Part shown: piece after piece, positions 12,521-25,230 of the stretch
Numbering within the stretch: the stretch's first letter is position 1
Layout: each line of letters starts with the position of its first letter
NCBI RefSeq assembly: GCF_004010195.1
Contig: NW_025215259.1
Span: 19,425 to 78,000 of the forward strand
Length of the DNA stretch: 58,576 nucleotides
Direction: 5' to 3'
From: Chiloscyllium plagiosum
Lineage: Eukaryota
Notes under the pieces: model-generated
What the model saw: only the letters and a program-made list of their open reading frames with translations
Database searches by the model: none
What the model was told of the DNA's origin: nothing
Made by a program: the position numbers and the translations under genes

Positions 12521-15500
12521 AGACCAACTTGCAGAGTTGCCATCAGGTTTACAAATGATTGCAAAGATCCGATTCTGCTGTTATTGCAGGTGTTCATCCC
12601 ATCCAGCAATGAACCATGCTTGGATGCCTGTTTGCAGTGGAGTACAACCGTTTCCTGATGTAGATCGATAATTCAAACTTAGTTGTAGTAGTCATGTTTA
12701 GAAGTTTACAGACGATGCAACAATTGGTCGTGTAGTTGACTGTGATGAATATATCAGGGAGTGCAGGGATGTATCATTCAGGTGAAAAGGCAAAACGGCG
12801 AATGGAATTGAATCCAGACCAATAAGTGGTCATGAATTTGGGGAGTTGTAACAATAACAGCGAGGATTCTGATTGGTGTACAGGAACAAAGTGATTTTGG
12901 AGTGAACATTCAGAGACCTCTGAAGATTGTTGGACAGGGAGATCAGTTGTTCGAGAGGCTTTTTGGATATTTTCTATTGTTGGCCACAGTCTGAGGATTA
13001 TATTCGATCTTTAGCAACCGCCAGTTTCTGAAACAACTGAAGGAATGAGCACAAGTCTGGTCAATGCGATAATCAACATTTTTTAATAATTGCAAAATAA
13101 AAGGTGGAGGGCTGAATTATAACTCTTTGCCCATCAAGACCGCTTCACCCCCCAAATAATTTACCTCTGATTCCTCTCCAAAACATGCTGGTATGTGCAT
13201 TTGAGGGTAATTTGTAAATGGCGACGTTTCATTGCATCTTCAACCTTGTCGTTATAGTTGGTACAGTTTTTGAGCTTTGAATGTTCTGTCAACAAAAATA
13301 GTAAGTCTGGATGACTTACTTCAGTGAATCTTCTAGGTGGTGCACTCTCTACAATTGTGCCTGAGCAGTCGAGGGAGTAAATATTTAGGTGTTGAACAAT
13401 GTACAGTTAAGTGACTGTATTGTCATGGAAGGTGTCCAGTTCCTTCAGTGGTATTGAAGCTGCACCCACCTAAGCAAATGGAGAGGCTTCTGTTAAACAT
13501 CTAATTTGTGCACTACGGACGATGTAGGCTTCACGGACGCAAGAGTTGAGTTAATAATCAAACAAAGTCGACAGACGGACATGATTTTTGTATTAAACTT
13601 CTTTATATGGGCGTTCAGGTAGCATTTCTCCTAAATACTAGCTCCAAGGACGATTCCACGTAGGAATTCAGTTGCAACGAATCCATTGAATGTCAATCGA
13701 ATATGATTAGATTCTCATTTGTCAGGGTTGTCATTGCTGTATCTGGTCCTTCTGTGGATCAATCCGATTCCAATTGCTTTCTGATTTCAAGTTCCAAAAC
13801 CCGTCTGCGCCTGAAATTTCAAACCGTTTCCTTACATAAATTTCTCCACTTGCCTTAATAGCATGTAAAGACGCTGCAGGGGACAACAGAGACTTACGAG
13901 GATGTTGCCAACTCTGTATAAAATGAAGCTTCGTGGAATAGATTGGTTCGACTGGGATTATTCTCCTCGAAACAAAGGAGGTGGAGGGGTGCTCTATAAT
14001 CATATAACACCAATTATAAACGTTCAATATTCGTGGAATCTTGACAGTGTAGATACGGGCCAATGGCTTGCCCTGTGCTGTGAGGAGAGCACCAGAGGAC
14101 ATAATCTCAGAATTACGTATTGCCCAATTAATTCAGAAATGAAGAGTAATTTCTTTGCTCAGGGTCCAAAACATCTTTGGCATTTTTCAGCAATCGTTGC
14201 TGACACTGTGTTGTTGGTTATTTTCAAACAGTGCTGAAAATTTGTTGCTGGAAAAGCGGCATCCAAGGTCAGGCAGCACCCAAGGCGCAGGAGAATCGAC
14301 GTTTTGGGCATGAGCCCTTCTTCAGGAAATCACAGTTTTCAAACTGTGCCAGATAGTTAATCAAGAAAATGATGAAAATTTGTCGAAGTAACTGAGCAGA
14401 AAGGAGTTAAAGATGATCAGATTCACCATGAGTTCGTTGAATGGTGGGGCAGACTCCATGGGCTGAGTGGCAAACTTCCAGTTGTTTAACATTTGGTCTA
14501 ACGCCTTATTTTATTCATAAGTGCAGAATTGTGAGGGGATTGGATGACGTGATAGTAAACGTTTATTAACCAGATCAGACAGATCTGGAACAAGGCACAT
14601 AAACTCAGGAAGAAGAAATGTGCTGTGTCCTGGGGTAAACAAATGACACTGGGCACAGCACAGGTGGCTGTGTACAGAAGCTGGGATTGCTGAAGGAAGT
14701 TGGTGGACCTTATACAGTTGGCAAGTCAGTGATCACGCTGGATGATGGATCGTTGTACGATTCACACACATCAGAAATTTGTGAAAGAATGAAGGGTTCG
14801 TTTCATTGGAGAGGTTTCCTGCGGTTCCAATTCCGAGTGACTCTTTGAAATACTGACCAGGTCATTGTGTGAAGTGTTAGGTTACTATACTCATGTACAA
14901 CCCCACTGGATAAACCTGTGCTCCAGAACTATTTTATTAGTTTTTCTTTCTTTCAATGTAAATTCATAGAAAGACAAGATGGAATGTGGGGCGTAAAGAA
15001 AAATGCGTTCCTTCTCATTACACCAATTTACTGTACAATTGAATAGAATGGCTGCTGTCACTCTTCATTTCGACTTTAATGTGGTGTCGATTATTCGTGA
15101 ATCTCCCGTGCAGTGAACGGCAAGAACAAGATTCTCAATCCAGTGTATACCAGAGTGTGAGGTGCAAAGAAAAACTGCTGGAGGCGGATTGTGAAGTCAG
15201 CAACCAGAGTGTGACTTACCAGAATGAATAGTTGTCATTGATACATTCTGAGTCAGAACTGTGTCAGAATGAAACAGAGGACAAGAATTTTCCATCATAT
15301 TCGCACCTACATTTGACTCATAATTTCTTCAGTCATTTTCCCTCTCACGTGAAGAAGCAACCATGGAGAGGGAAATAAAGGCAATGTTGTGGCTCAATGG
15401 CCTTTCTGATATGGCTGAACCTGAATTGGATTAAATCGCAAGAAACGCTGTTTTGTTCGTTTCATTTTAATTTTGCTGCAACCTCACAATGTTCATTGTA

Positions 15501-17477
15501 ATAATCAGAAGTGAATTAGATAAATCTCATTGTAATGATTAATGTTGTACTCAAATTTGCTCCGACTTTATTTCAGCTTAAGGAAAATATGGCTGAGAAA
15601 ATCAGACTGTTAAAATGCAAAAGAAAACCCATCAGTTTTGTTGCTCGTTGCTTTGGCAGATTTCACCGAGTATAAAATGGACCAAACATCATGGTGTTTG
15701 TCCTCACATCTTAAACGCATGGGATGAAAGCAGGAAGTCGATCTCCAAGCAACTGGTCACTTCTTATTCATTATGTATTATCGTCCCTTCACAATGAAAA
15801 AAATCCACTCAGTTCCATTTACAATGCTTTAGGTGGAATATTATGGCAAATCTTTCAAAATCCAGAGTTTTTGAAACCGAATCTTATTCAGCTGCACACG
15901 TTCACGAAATTTCTTTACATTTAAAGTCAACCCACTTAGACATTGTTTCCCCACAACTTCCGACCGACTACACCGCACCCCTACACCTTTACCGAGCCAC
16001 ACGCTGTCTCTCTCCTTGTGAAATTTATTCCCTGTATGTCACTAAATGTGCCTTTCCAAATATATTGAAAAACAGATTCTCGGAGTGTCAGCGATTCTGT
16101 TCTCATCATTTCTTTGTCCTTCAAAGGTTTTATCAAAGGTTTTGAATGTCTAGCGTCTCGATGTTTACTTACTTGAAAGAGGGCATTTACCACCTATTTA
16201 CTCTGTCCAAACATTTCATAACCTGGAAAAAAAACCCAGTTAAGCCTTTCTTGGTTCAGGGATAACTGTTCTAAATTTTCGAAGACAACAAGTGAATACA
16301 ATCCCATCCTCAGTACACCCCGCCAGCATGTCCCTAACGGCTTTACACCCCAATAAACACCGTCATTACCCTCTCCGAGAGAATCACAGAATCCTACAGT
16401 GCAGAAAGAGCATTTCAGTCAATCAAGCTGGTGTCGACTCTCTGAAGAGCATCTCACCAAGGCCTATCTCTCCTCCCCATTCGCTTATATTTCACCAGAA
16501 GGGGCAATCCTCCCCCTTATGATGTCAAATAAAGCTGTTGGGCTATAACCTGGCGTCCTGTGACGTTTGACATTGTCCCCGCGTTACCCGTGGTTAATTC
16601 ACTTAATTTACTAAATTCAATCCCTGGACACGAGAGGGCAATTTAACTTGGCCAATCAACATAACCCTCAGACCAAGCAGCAATGCGAATTACTGAGCCA
16701 ATGTTCCATCATAGTTAGCAAAACCTGAGTTATTTTTAATTGCTTTATATCCTGCTAACTCAGCCTCATCAAAGCAAATCAACCCAAATTCAATGTACCG
16801 AAACGCTACTCTGTGCTTTACAATCTGATTCGTGCTGCGCAAATGTTTCTGCACTCATATTTGAATGATTCTACGCTGTTTCTTCCTCACCTTCCTGCTT
16901 CCAATAAACACTTCAATTCGGAACAAGTCTCCCGAATGTTTTTCATTCCAACACAGTAACAAGGTGCAGTTTTCAGTAGTCACGTGTTTGCGCTTTCACT
17001 GACACTCTGCCCCCCCGAGAGCTGCTGTTATTCCCACTTGATTCAGGCAGCACTGTCCTTCCTGTGACATGCCCCATTGAGAATGGAAGGACAAGTATCA
17101 ATACCCGCACTTGGGAATGGAGCGACAGTTTTATAATATTTACACTGTCCCCAGTGGAGAATTGAGCCCTGTGATAGGCGGGGACACTAACCAATGTACT
17201 ATCGAAAACAAGAGTGCCAAAGGAGGCCCTTCAACCAATTGTGGCGACACTTGTCAAAAACAACTGCCTAATGAACTGAATCCCATTTCACAACGTTTAT
17301 CCCACAGCCTTATATGTCTTGGCATCACAAGTTCGAATCTGAATGTTTGTTCAGGTTCTAAGGGTTTCTGCTGCTCTGAAAAATGCAGACAGTGTATTCC
17401 AAATTCCAACCACCTACTGACTGATAAAGCAGTTTCGCACATCTTCTCAAACCATTCTGCCTTTCTCCTTAAATCTG

Positions 17478-17712
17478 TGGCCCCTGCTAATCGATCCCTC
17501 CATCAATGGAAAAATCGTTCAGTCAACTCTGTCCATACCCTAACTCAATCATGTCTACTCTATATCTCCTTTGCACTGCGACAACAAACCACTCTGTCCT
17601 GTCTGGCCCCTGCTAATCGATCCCTCCATCAATGGAAAAATCGTACAGTCAACTCTGTTCATACCCTAACTCAATCATGTCTCCTCTACATCTCCTTTGC
17701 ACTGCTACAAAC
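17478..17712. repeat. Tandem duplication, 126 bp unit
   Basis: tggcccctgctaatcgatccctccatcaatggaaaaatcg at 17478 and 17604. Confidence 0.9.
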
Positions 17713-17889
17713 AGTCCACTCTGTCTTGTCTTTCTTCACAGCTGAAACTCTTCATCCCAAACAATATCCCGGTAAATATCTCCTGCAATTTTCTCAGTGT
17801 GATCACATCCATGAGATAATGTGACTTGCAAAACTGCACACAACACTCTTGCTTGAGCCTAATGAGCATTTGTTTTAAAATGTCTATAT

Positions 17890-18215
17890 TAGTAAGAGGG
17901 CGATTCTGGCTAAGCAGAATGTATTACCCATTCTGAATTGCCCAGAAGGCAATTGAGACTCAACCATATTGTTATGAGTCTGAAATCACATGCAGGCCAG
18001 ACCAAGTAAGGACAGCAGATTCCTTCCTGAAATGACATCAGTGAACCAGACTTTTTTCAACAATTGTCAATTGAGATATAGTAATCATTAGATTCTTCAT
18101 CGCAGATATTTGCTGAATAAAGATTTTACAATATGGCATGGTGGGGCTCAAACCCGAATACACAGACTATTACCTCGGTGTCTCGATTATGAGTCCTGTG
18201 AAATTACCACAAGAG
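17890..18215 (-). mobile_element. Old SINE (SacSINE1/Deu-SINE-like)
   Basis: Shares the gagtctg-aatcacatg-aggccagacca core with copies at 12070-12280, 21500-21830, 24400-24735 and 32800-33080; family name from memory. Confidence 0.55.
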
Positions 18216-18553
18216 CAACACAGAAATCCACAAAAGCTGATCATTTCCAGTAAAATCTATTTTCCCCAAAACTGGCCTGGGTCTTTTCCATGAGCCTGAC
18301 GCTCCAATTGTCTCTGTCCTATGTCAGTAAAAGCTGCTCCAAGGGGATTGATTTCACAACCGCGGTATTCAAATGGATCGACTTGTATGGAGGTCCCGAT
18401 GGTGGGATCGGGGCCCGTTCACCCAGCAAAAGTGACCGCAGCACAGACAGAACAGTATGAATGTGAAAGAGAGTGATAGATTGTGCATTGCCTCAGAGAG
18501 ATCGGAGGAGGGACGAAAAGGAGGTTTAATGATCGTGGGAAGGAGAGAAATCT

Positions 18554-18700
18554 TGTGTTTGAATCCTGATATATGAAACGCAGAGATGAGAGAGAGCGGA
18601 ATTTGAAGGTAAAACAATTAAATCTCCGACAACGGGTGTGTTTGAATCCTGATATATGAAACGCAGAGATGAGAGAGAGCGGAATTTGAAGGGAAAAAAA
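18554..18700. repeat. Tandem duplication, 83 bp period
   Basis: tgtgtttgaatcctgatatatgaaacgcagagatgagagagagcggaatttgaagg at 18554 and 18637. Confidence 0.9.
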
Positions 18701-18749
18701 TTAATTTCTTTCCCTGTGTCACAAAAAGGACAACGGAGAGAAAACTTAG

Positions 18750-18819
18750 TGCCGTGATTTGGTTTCAAATCGAGGTTGCTGTGGTCACAATGCAAAACAC
18801 AGATGACCACGATCACAGC
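18750..18819 (-). pseudogene. tRNA-His pseudogene
   Basis: Reverse strand gctgtgatcgtggtc...tgcattgtgaccacagcaacctcgatttgaaaccaaatcacggca matches His-GTG; mirror of 23694. Confidence 0.75.
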
Positions 18820-19400
18820 AACCACAGAACAGGATGCTTGCATGCAGCAATAAGTGTACTGGCGGAGGAAATGTTCGGAAAAACAGCAAATGTACAATAT
18901 CAGTACTCAGCGAACAGTCACAGACATGTGGGAACTGAGAATGAATTGAACCTTTAAATTCGATGTCTTCAGAGGCTGTGGATCCTTGAATGAGAATGTT
19001 GAAAAATGAGATTGATAGATTTCGCCAAAATATCAAAGACTCGGGGGACAGTACAGGATATTGTTGAAATGTATGCTTCAGCAGCATTTTAGCTTAACAT
19101 CGGCGACTTCACCAGCTTCCTCAAGGCCATAACCAGTGTTGCAGATAATCACACATAATCTCAGTTCACAGCCTCGGATTCAGAGAAACTGCGGCACAGC
19201 CTCCCAGATCCAACCGGAAATGGGAATGGGATGAGTGTGCGATGTTACTCTCTGGCTCCAGTGATACAATAGGTGACAGTGCGGTCCTTCTATGATGGTA
19301 TAGAGGCGCAAGAAATTCCTCGGTTGAGTATACTCCTAATCAAGGGAATAGTTGCCCCGTTTATACTCTCATAGCGATTTATAGTGCATCTTGCTAAGAC

Positions 19401-19440
19401 AGCTGAGTGGCAAAATTGGAGCGTGTTGAGCCGTTAACTT
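19401..19440 (+). pseudogene. tRNA-iMet 5' half remnant (duplicate at 20340-20380; mirror at ~23060-23100 on minus strand)
   Basis: agctgagtggcaaaattggagcgtgttgagccgttaac resembles AGCAGAGTGGCGCAGCGGAAGCGTGCTGGGCCCATAAC. Confidence 0.55.
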
Positions 19441-19721
19441 TGCAGTGGTAGGTTTAACAGATGACTTGGCTGTTTGGATCTGTGTTTCCGACACTGGCGG
19501 TCGCAGTTGCATTTGCTTGCATCAGTTCAGAAGCAGTTTCTTCCACACAGTCAAGACTTCAACCTGGAGAAGGTGGTGTTGGGATGATATTTTCAACTGG
19601 TTGTCCTTGGGGGCTGGGACACGGAAAATGTGATGTTTACGTTCGACGAATAAAACCTGGAATGCAAGCCTGACCTCAGAAACAGAAATAAAAACTTTAA
19701 TTTCCTACAATCCCATTCATG

Positions 19722-20070
19722 CATGTCCCTTATGCAGAATCTTCCTCAGTCCTGTCTACGAGAGACTCCAGGGCCAGAAAAACATGAGCTGACCCTTAAT
19801 TCAAGAATCCCCACCGTGTGGGGAAGCAGGGTAGTCGGCCCTTCCAGTCCAGACGGTCCATCCGAAGCGCATCCCATCAGACACCATGGTATTCCCTCTC
19901 CCATAAACCTGCATTTCCCATTGTTGATCCCTGTAACTGGCACATCTTTGGTCAGAGGGAGAAATAAAAACGCAATCACACAGAGAATGTGCAGACTGCC
20001 CATTCTGTGCAGACAGAGACTCGAGTCTGGGATCGCACCCGGGTGTGTAGGGTAGCCAGGCAGCAACGAA
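19722..20070 (-). mobile_element. HE1/V-SINE-like element (duplicate at ~20660-21010)
   Basis: Reverse strand has a tRNA-like head (gctgcc...cccgggtgcgatcccag), V-domain-like body and CR1-like tail. Confidence 0.6.
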
Positions 20071-21094
20071 CAAGAGACGAAGAGTAAATGTTGTCCTGAT
20101 CAGTGATACTCGCACTCTGTGGGTGAATGAGAAAGAATGAAAACTCATTAACAACATGGAAAACAGGATTTGTATACTTGAGGACACAATTTGAAAGGAT
20201 CGTTCACCCTGGGTTGAAAAAAGGACGCCGATACCACAGAGAAAGCGATGGTATAGAGGCGAAAGAAATTCCTCGGTTGAGTATACTCCTAATCAAGGGA
20301 GTAGTTGTCATCGCGATTTATAGTGCATCTTGCTAAGACAGCTGAGTGGCACAATTGGAGCGTGTTGAGCCGTTAACTTTGCAGTGGTGGGTTTAACAGA
20401 TGACTTGGCTGTCTGGATCTGTGTTTCCGACACTGGCGGTCGCAGCTGCATTTGCTTGCATCAGTTCAGAAGCAGTTTCTTCCACACAGTCAAGACTTCA
20501 ACCTGGAGAAGGTGGTGTTGGGGTGATATTTTCAACTGGTTGTCCTTGGGGGCTGGGACACGGAAAATGTGATGTTTAAGTTCGACGAATAAAACCTGGA
20601 ATGCAAGCCTGACCTCAGAAACAGAGATAAAAACTTTAATTTCCTACAATCCCATTCATGCATGTCCCTTTTGCAGAATCTTCCTCAGTCCTGTCTACGA
20701 GAGACTCCAGGGCCAGAACAACATGAGCTGACCCTTAATTCAAGAATCCCCACCGTGTGGGGAAGCAGGGTAGTCGGCCCTTCCAGTCCAGACGGTCCAT
20801 CCGAAGCGCATCCCATCAGACACCACGGTATTCCCTCTCCCATAAACCTGCATTTCCCATTGTTGATCCCTGTAACTGGCACATCTTTGGTCAGAGGGAG
20901 AAATAAAAACGCAAACACACAGAGAATTTGCAGACTGCCCATTCTGTGCAGACAGAGACTCGAGTCTGGGATCGCACCCGGGTGTGTAGCGTAGCCAGGC
21001 AGCAACGAACAAGGGACGAAGAGTAAATGTTGTCCTGATCAGTGATACTCGCACTCTGTGGGTGAATGAGAAATAATGAAAACTCATTAACAAC

Positions 21095-21340
21095 ATGGAA
21101 AACAGGATTTGTATACTTGTGGATACAATTTGAAAGGATCATTCACCCTGGGTTGAAAAAAGGACGCCGATACCACAGAGAAAGCAGGGCAATGTGGGAA
21201 CTGCTGGAAGAGATTCAATTAACCACAGAAATGGAAACTCATTTAATCAGTAACACTTGGGACAAGCCGTTCACCAGTCCCGTGTGTGGGAAGGGGTCAC
21301 TGAGCAAAACAACCTCCGAGACTCCAGCAGGATTACATAT
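21095..21340 (+). pseudogene. C2H2 zinc-finger exon remnant
   Basis: KDADTTEKAGQCGNCWKRFN*P/EMETHLISNTWDKPFTSPVCGKG: CxxC spacing plus a degenerate TGEKPF linker. Confidence 0.7.
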
Positions 21341-21849
21341 CCCATCAGGTGTTCAGTTATGCTGTCAATGCTGCTTTTCATCCCAACCAGCTATTTGCCT
21401 AAAGCGTCAATCGCAGAGTCATACAGCATGAAAACACCTCCCTCAGTCCAACCAATCCATGCTGAACATACTGCCAAACTAATCTACTCCCATCTGCCTC
21501 ATGCTTTAACCGCTGAGTGGTTATAATGTCCTTGTAGTTTTACTTTTGTGTTGTTGATCCAAAAACTCATGTAATATTTTGGGGACAAAGGGTTCAGGTC
21601 CTGGCATGACAGATAGTGGAGTTTGAATTCAATAAGCACCTGGAATTGAAGAGTCTCGTGATCACCTGAATCAGTTGTGTGGAAACTCCCATCTGATTCA
21701 CTCATGCCAGTTCAGAAAGCAAACTGTCATATTCCTCTGCTCTGTTCCACAGGAGACTCCAGATGGATAATATTGTGGTTGACTCTTAACTGTCCTCTGG
21801 GAAATAACTGATGTACTAGGCATGAATAAATTTATTTTAAAAATCCCAC

Positions 21850-22870
21850 TTTCCCATTCATGTTTGGATTGAATTGTTCTTTAAATGTTGCAAATGTATC
21901 CTCGTCCAACATTTCCTCAGCAAGTTAATTGCACACGTAAAACACATTCTCCAAAAAAAAAGCCTCAGATGTCTTTTTTTATTAACTCTCTCTCTCTTCA
22001 TCTTAAACATATGCCCTCTCGTCTTAAAATCCCCCTCCTTGGAAAAGCCAGCTATCGTTAAATCTAACTTTCCTCTCAAGAATTCATAAATTTCTGTCAG
22101 GTCGCCGCTCAAACCCCTAACCACGAGTGATACCAGTCTCTTCTAGGAGAAAGTGAGAACTGTAGATGAGGGATCAGAGTCGATCGTGTTGTGCTGGGAA
22201 AGCACAGCAGGTCAGGCAACATCTGAGGAGCAGGAGAATCGACGTTTCAGGGAAGAGCCTGATGAATGACACTTGCGCGAAAAAATGATTCCACTGCTCC
22301 TCGCATACCGCCTTGCCTGTTGTGGTTTTCCAGCACCCCGATCGTGAATCTGAAAATAGTCTCAGCCTATCCAGCCTTTCATTATAACTCGAAATCTTCC
22401 ACACGCGGCAAGATGCGTGTATACCTTTTCGGAACCTGCTCCAGCTGAATAACATCATTCGTACAACTGGGCTAACAGAACTGGACATCATATTCCAGAA
22501 GAGGCCTCATCAATGTCCTGCAAACCTTCATAACGTCCTGACTACTATACACAAAGGACTGAGGAATGAAGGGAAGAATGTTAAATACCTTTGACAACCT
22601 TGTCTGTAGATGATGCAAACTACAAAGAATTATGTACCTGCATCCCGAGCTTCCGTGTTCTCCAACACGACGCAAAATTCTACGCTTTTTGTTGTACCAA
22701 AATGCAATACCTTCCATTTATCCAGTTTGAACTCCATGTTACATTTTTCAGTCCAACCACTCATTGGATTAATATCCTTTTGAAACTTAGATAATCTTCC
22801 TCACTGTCTACAATTCTGATGTCGCCTGCAAACCTACGCAGCATATCTGCTGTGTGTTCCACTCTTTTCT
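21850..22870 (-). mobile_element. CR1-clade LINE fragment interrupted by head-to-head PLE terminal repeats (22145-22350)
   Basis: RTLMRPLLEYDVQFC, SYNERLDRLRLFS and KTRGHMFKMKRER motifs. Confidence 0.75.
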
Positions 22871-23693
22871 CACATAGATCAATGATTCATATTTACTTGT
22901 AATGATCGTTATTCAGCAGTGTGCAGATCATACAAGTTAGTCATGCAATTAACCATGAGGAAGAAAGCCGCAGACTGCAGGGAGAGATTAAACAATTGGA
23001 AGTAAAAATGGTGAAAACAATTCATTCGAGGGAAGTGGGTGATAGTGAAGCAAAGTCACACTTCAAACCAGCCGCCCTCGCTCCACTTGTGGCAGTCAGC
23101 TGTCTCAGCAAGATGCTCTGTAGATTGCTATGTCATTATAAACGGGAACAAATTTCCCTTCTGCCCTGTCTTTGACCAGGAGCACTCGCAACCACGGAAC
23201 TGCTTACGCCTCTAAACCCTCATAGAAGTACCGTGCAGTCTCCGGTTGTGTCACTGGAGCCATCGAGTATCTGCGACCTCATTCCCATCCCGATTTCCAG
23301 TTGGATCTTTGTGACTGCGCCAGTCAATTCCTCTGATTCTGGGGCTGGGAACTGGGACTCTGTGGTAGCAGTGGTTGCTGCCTTGTGGGGGAAAACTGGT
23401 GAAGTAGCCGATGTTAAACTGCATTGCTATTGCAGCATACATTTCAACAAAACCTGCACTGTCCCCGGAGTCTTTGATGTTTTGGAGAAATCTATTTATC
23501 TCAGCCTTCAGCATATTAATGATGGAAACACCACAGCCTCTGTGGGAACCGATGTTAAACGGTCAGCCCATTCTGAGTTCCCACAGATCTGCCACTGTTC
23601 GCGAAGCACTGATATTGTGTGTTAGGTACTCTGCCTAACGTTGTCTACGTTACTGTACTTATAGCGCGCAGCAAGCGTGCTGATATATGGGAT

Positions 23694-23765
23694 CCCGCGC
23701 TCGTATAGTGGTTTGTACTCTGCGTTGTGGCCGCAGAAACCTCGGTTCGAACCCGAATCACGGCA
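23694..23765 (+). tRNA. tRNA-His(GTG), probably a pseudogene
   Basis: 72 nt close to vertebrate His-GTG; anticodon arm ctgcg-ttgtggc-cgcag intact and B box ggttcgaaccc present, but three acceptor-stem mismatches and one T-stem mismatch. Confidence 0.85.
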
Positions 23766-23987
23766 GTAGTTTCTCTATTCGCCCCAGTTTTTGTGAAGCA
23801 CACGAAGGTATGAGTTGTTTTAACATGGTAATTTTGTCCAAGGCAATGATCTTTTTCCTTCAAATTCTGCTCGCTCATAACTCGGTGTTTCATATGTCAG
23901 CATTCAAATCCACCCGTTCTCAGAGATTTCTTCCCTCCTAAGATCATTAACCCGACTTTCCGTCCAACACTCCCATTTTATTAATTT

Positions 23988-24092
23988 GGGGATGCCGGTA
24001 TTGGACTATGGTGTACAAAGTTAATAATCACACAACACCAAGTTATAGTCTTACATGTTTAATTGAAGCACTAGCTTTCGGAGCGCTGCTCT
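23988..24092 (-). mobile_element. Terminal-repeat fragment of a third Penelope-like family
   Basis: Reverse strand gagc-agc-gctc-c-gaaagcta looks like hammerhead stem II plus GAAA, truncated before CTGATGA; family assignment from memory. Confidence 0.45.
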
Positions 24093-24744
24093 TTTGTGGA
24101 GTCATATCCTATTTCATTTAGGCACTGCAGAATCAAACACTGACTCTCACATTGATACCGTTCAGTCTGTGCTGCTGTGGTCACTGTTGCTGGGTGAACG
24201 TGCCCCAACCCCACGATCTGGACCTGCAGACCAGTTGATCCATTTGGTTACCACTGTTGTGAGATCAATACTCATGTAACAACTTTTACTGAGGCGGACA
24301 AGAGATTATTGGATTGTCAAGCTCAGGAAAATGACACAGGGCAGTATTGGGGAAAAGCAACTCCGTTGGAAAAGATCAGTTTGATCGGTTTTCTGCAATG
24401 GCCGAGCGCTCTTACCACTGGACTGTTAATTCAGACACCAGGGACTCGGGTTTGACGACGACCATGCTAGGTGGTAGAATTGGGATTCAGTAAATATATG
24501 GAACTACGAATCTAATAACTCCCATAAATCCATGGTCAATTGTTGAAAAAAAAATAAAACCATCAGTTTCACTGACATCCTTTAAAGAATGAAACTGCCA
24601 TTCTTATCTGGTCGGGCCACCATATGACTCCAGACTCACTGCAATATAGTTGAGACTGAGTGCCCGCCGTGTCCTTCGAGATAGCAAAATATGCTGCCGA
24701 GCCAGCGATGCCCTCATACAGTAACAGAATAAAAGAAGTTTATT

Positions 24745-25230
24745 TGGCTCTAGCTCGAGTACTGTGTGCAGTTCTACAATTCACATTATAGCATGGATGT
24801 GATCGCACTGGGAACAGTGCAGGAGAGATTCACTGGGATATTGTCTGGCTGAATAGTTTCAGTTATGAGGACAGACTGGGGCTGTTTGTCGCCGAGCAGC
24901 GGAGATTGGGGAAGACATGCCTGAGATGTACAAAACAATCAGGGATACGGATCGGATAGACTGAAAGAAGCGTTTCCTGTTGATGGAGGGATCGAAAATT
25001 GGGCCAAGAGATGTCGGGAAAAGGCAGAAAGGTTTGAGTCGATGTGTGCAAAGCGTCAGAGAGGCGGAAACCGTTTACACTGAAAAAAAAATCAGATGAG
25101 ACTTTGTGATGCCAAGACATATAAGGCTATGGGCTGAATGATGGAAAACTTGATTCAGGTCGTTAAGCAGTTGTGTTGGACAAGTGCGGCCACAACAGGC
25201 TGAAAGGCCTCCTTCGACGTTGTTGTCCTC
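24745..25230 (+). mobile_element. Old CR1 3' fragment
   Basis: ctcgagtactgtgtgcagttct and agttatgaggacagactgggg motifs; mirror of ~17220-17860. Confidence 0.65.

Larger units (their letters stand above)
1780..19440 (+). repeat. Left arm of large diverged inverted duplication
   Basis: Ordered reverse-complement anchors: 1790-1920/43580-43735, 2260-2320/43140-43200, 5570-5640/38525-38600, 10420-10540/33220-33340, 15800-16150/26290-26640, 18960-19300/23215-23590. Confidence 0.9.
19294..21185. repeat. Recent tandem duplication (19294-20246 and 20247-21185)
   Basis: Near-identical copies starting gatggtatagaggcg; 14 bp deletion in copy 2; each holds an iMet half, an HE1 SINE and the start of a ZF remnant. 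Confidence 0.95.

Noticed and set aside
15355..15430. Possible tRNA-Ser remnant (mirror at 27005-27085)
   Set aside because: Only the aaggcgatgg-like part matches; no T-arm
15615..16145. Possible extra ZF-like or coding remnant (SLLIHY...HNEKNP)
   Set aside because: No CxxC pattern, and the frame is not conserved in the mirror copy at 26290-26900
17111..17824. 237 aa ORF with an internal 42 aa repeat
   Set aside because: Antisense to a decayed CR1 fragment; the repeat is the 126 bp tandem duplication
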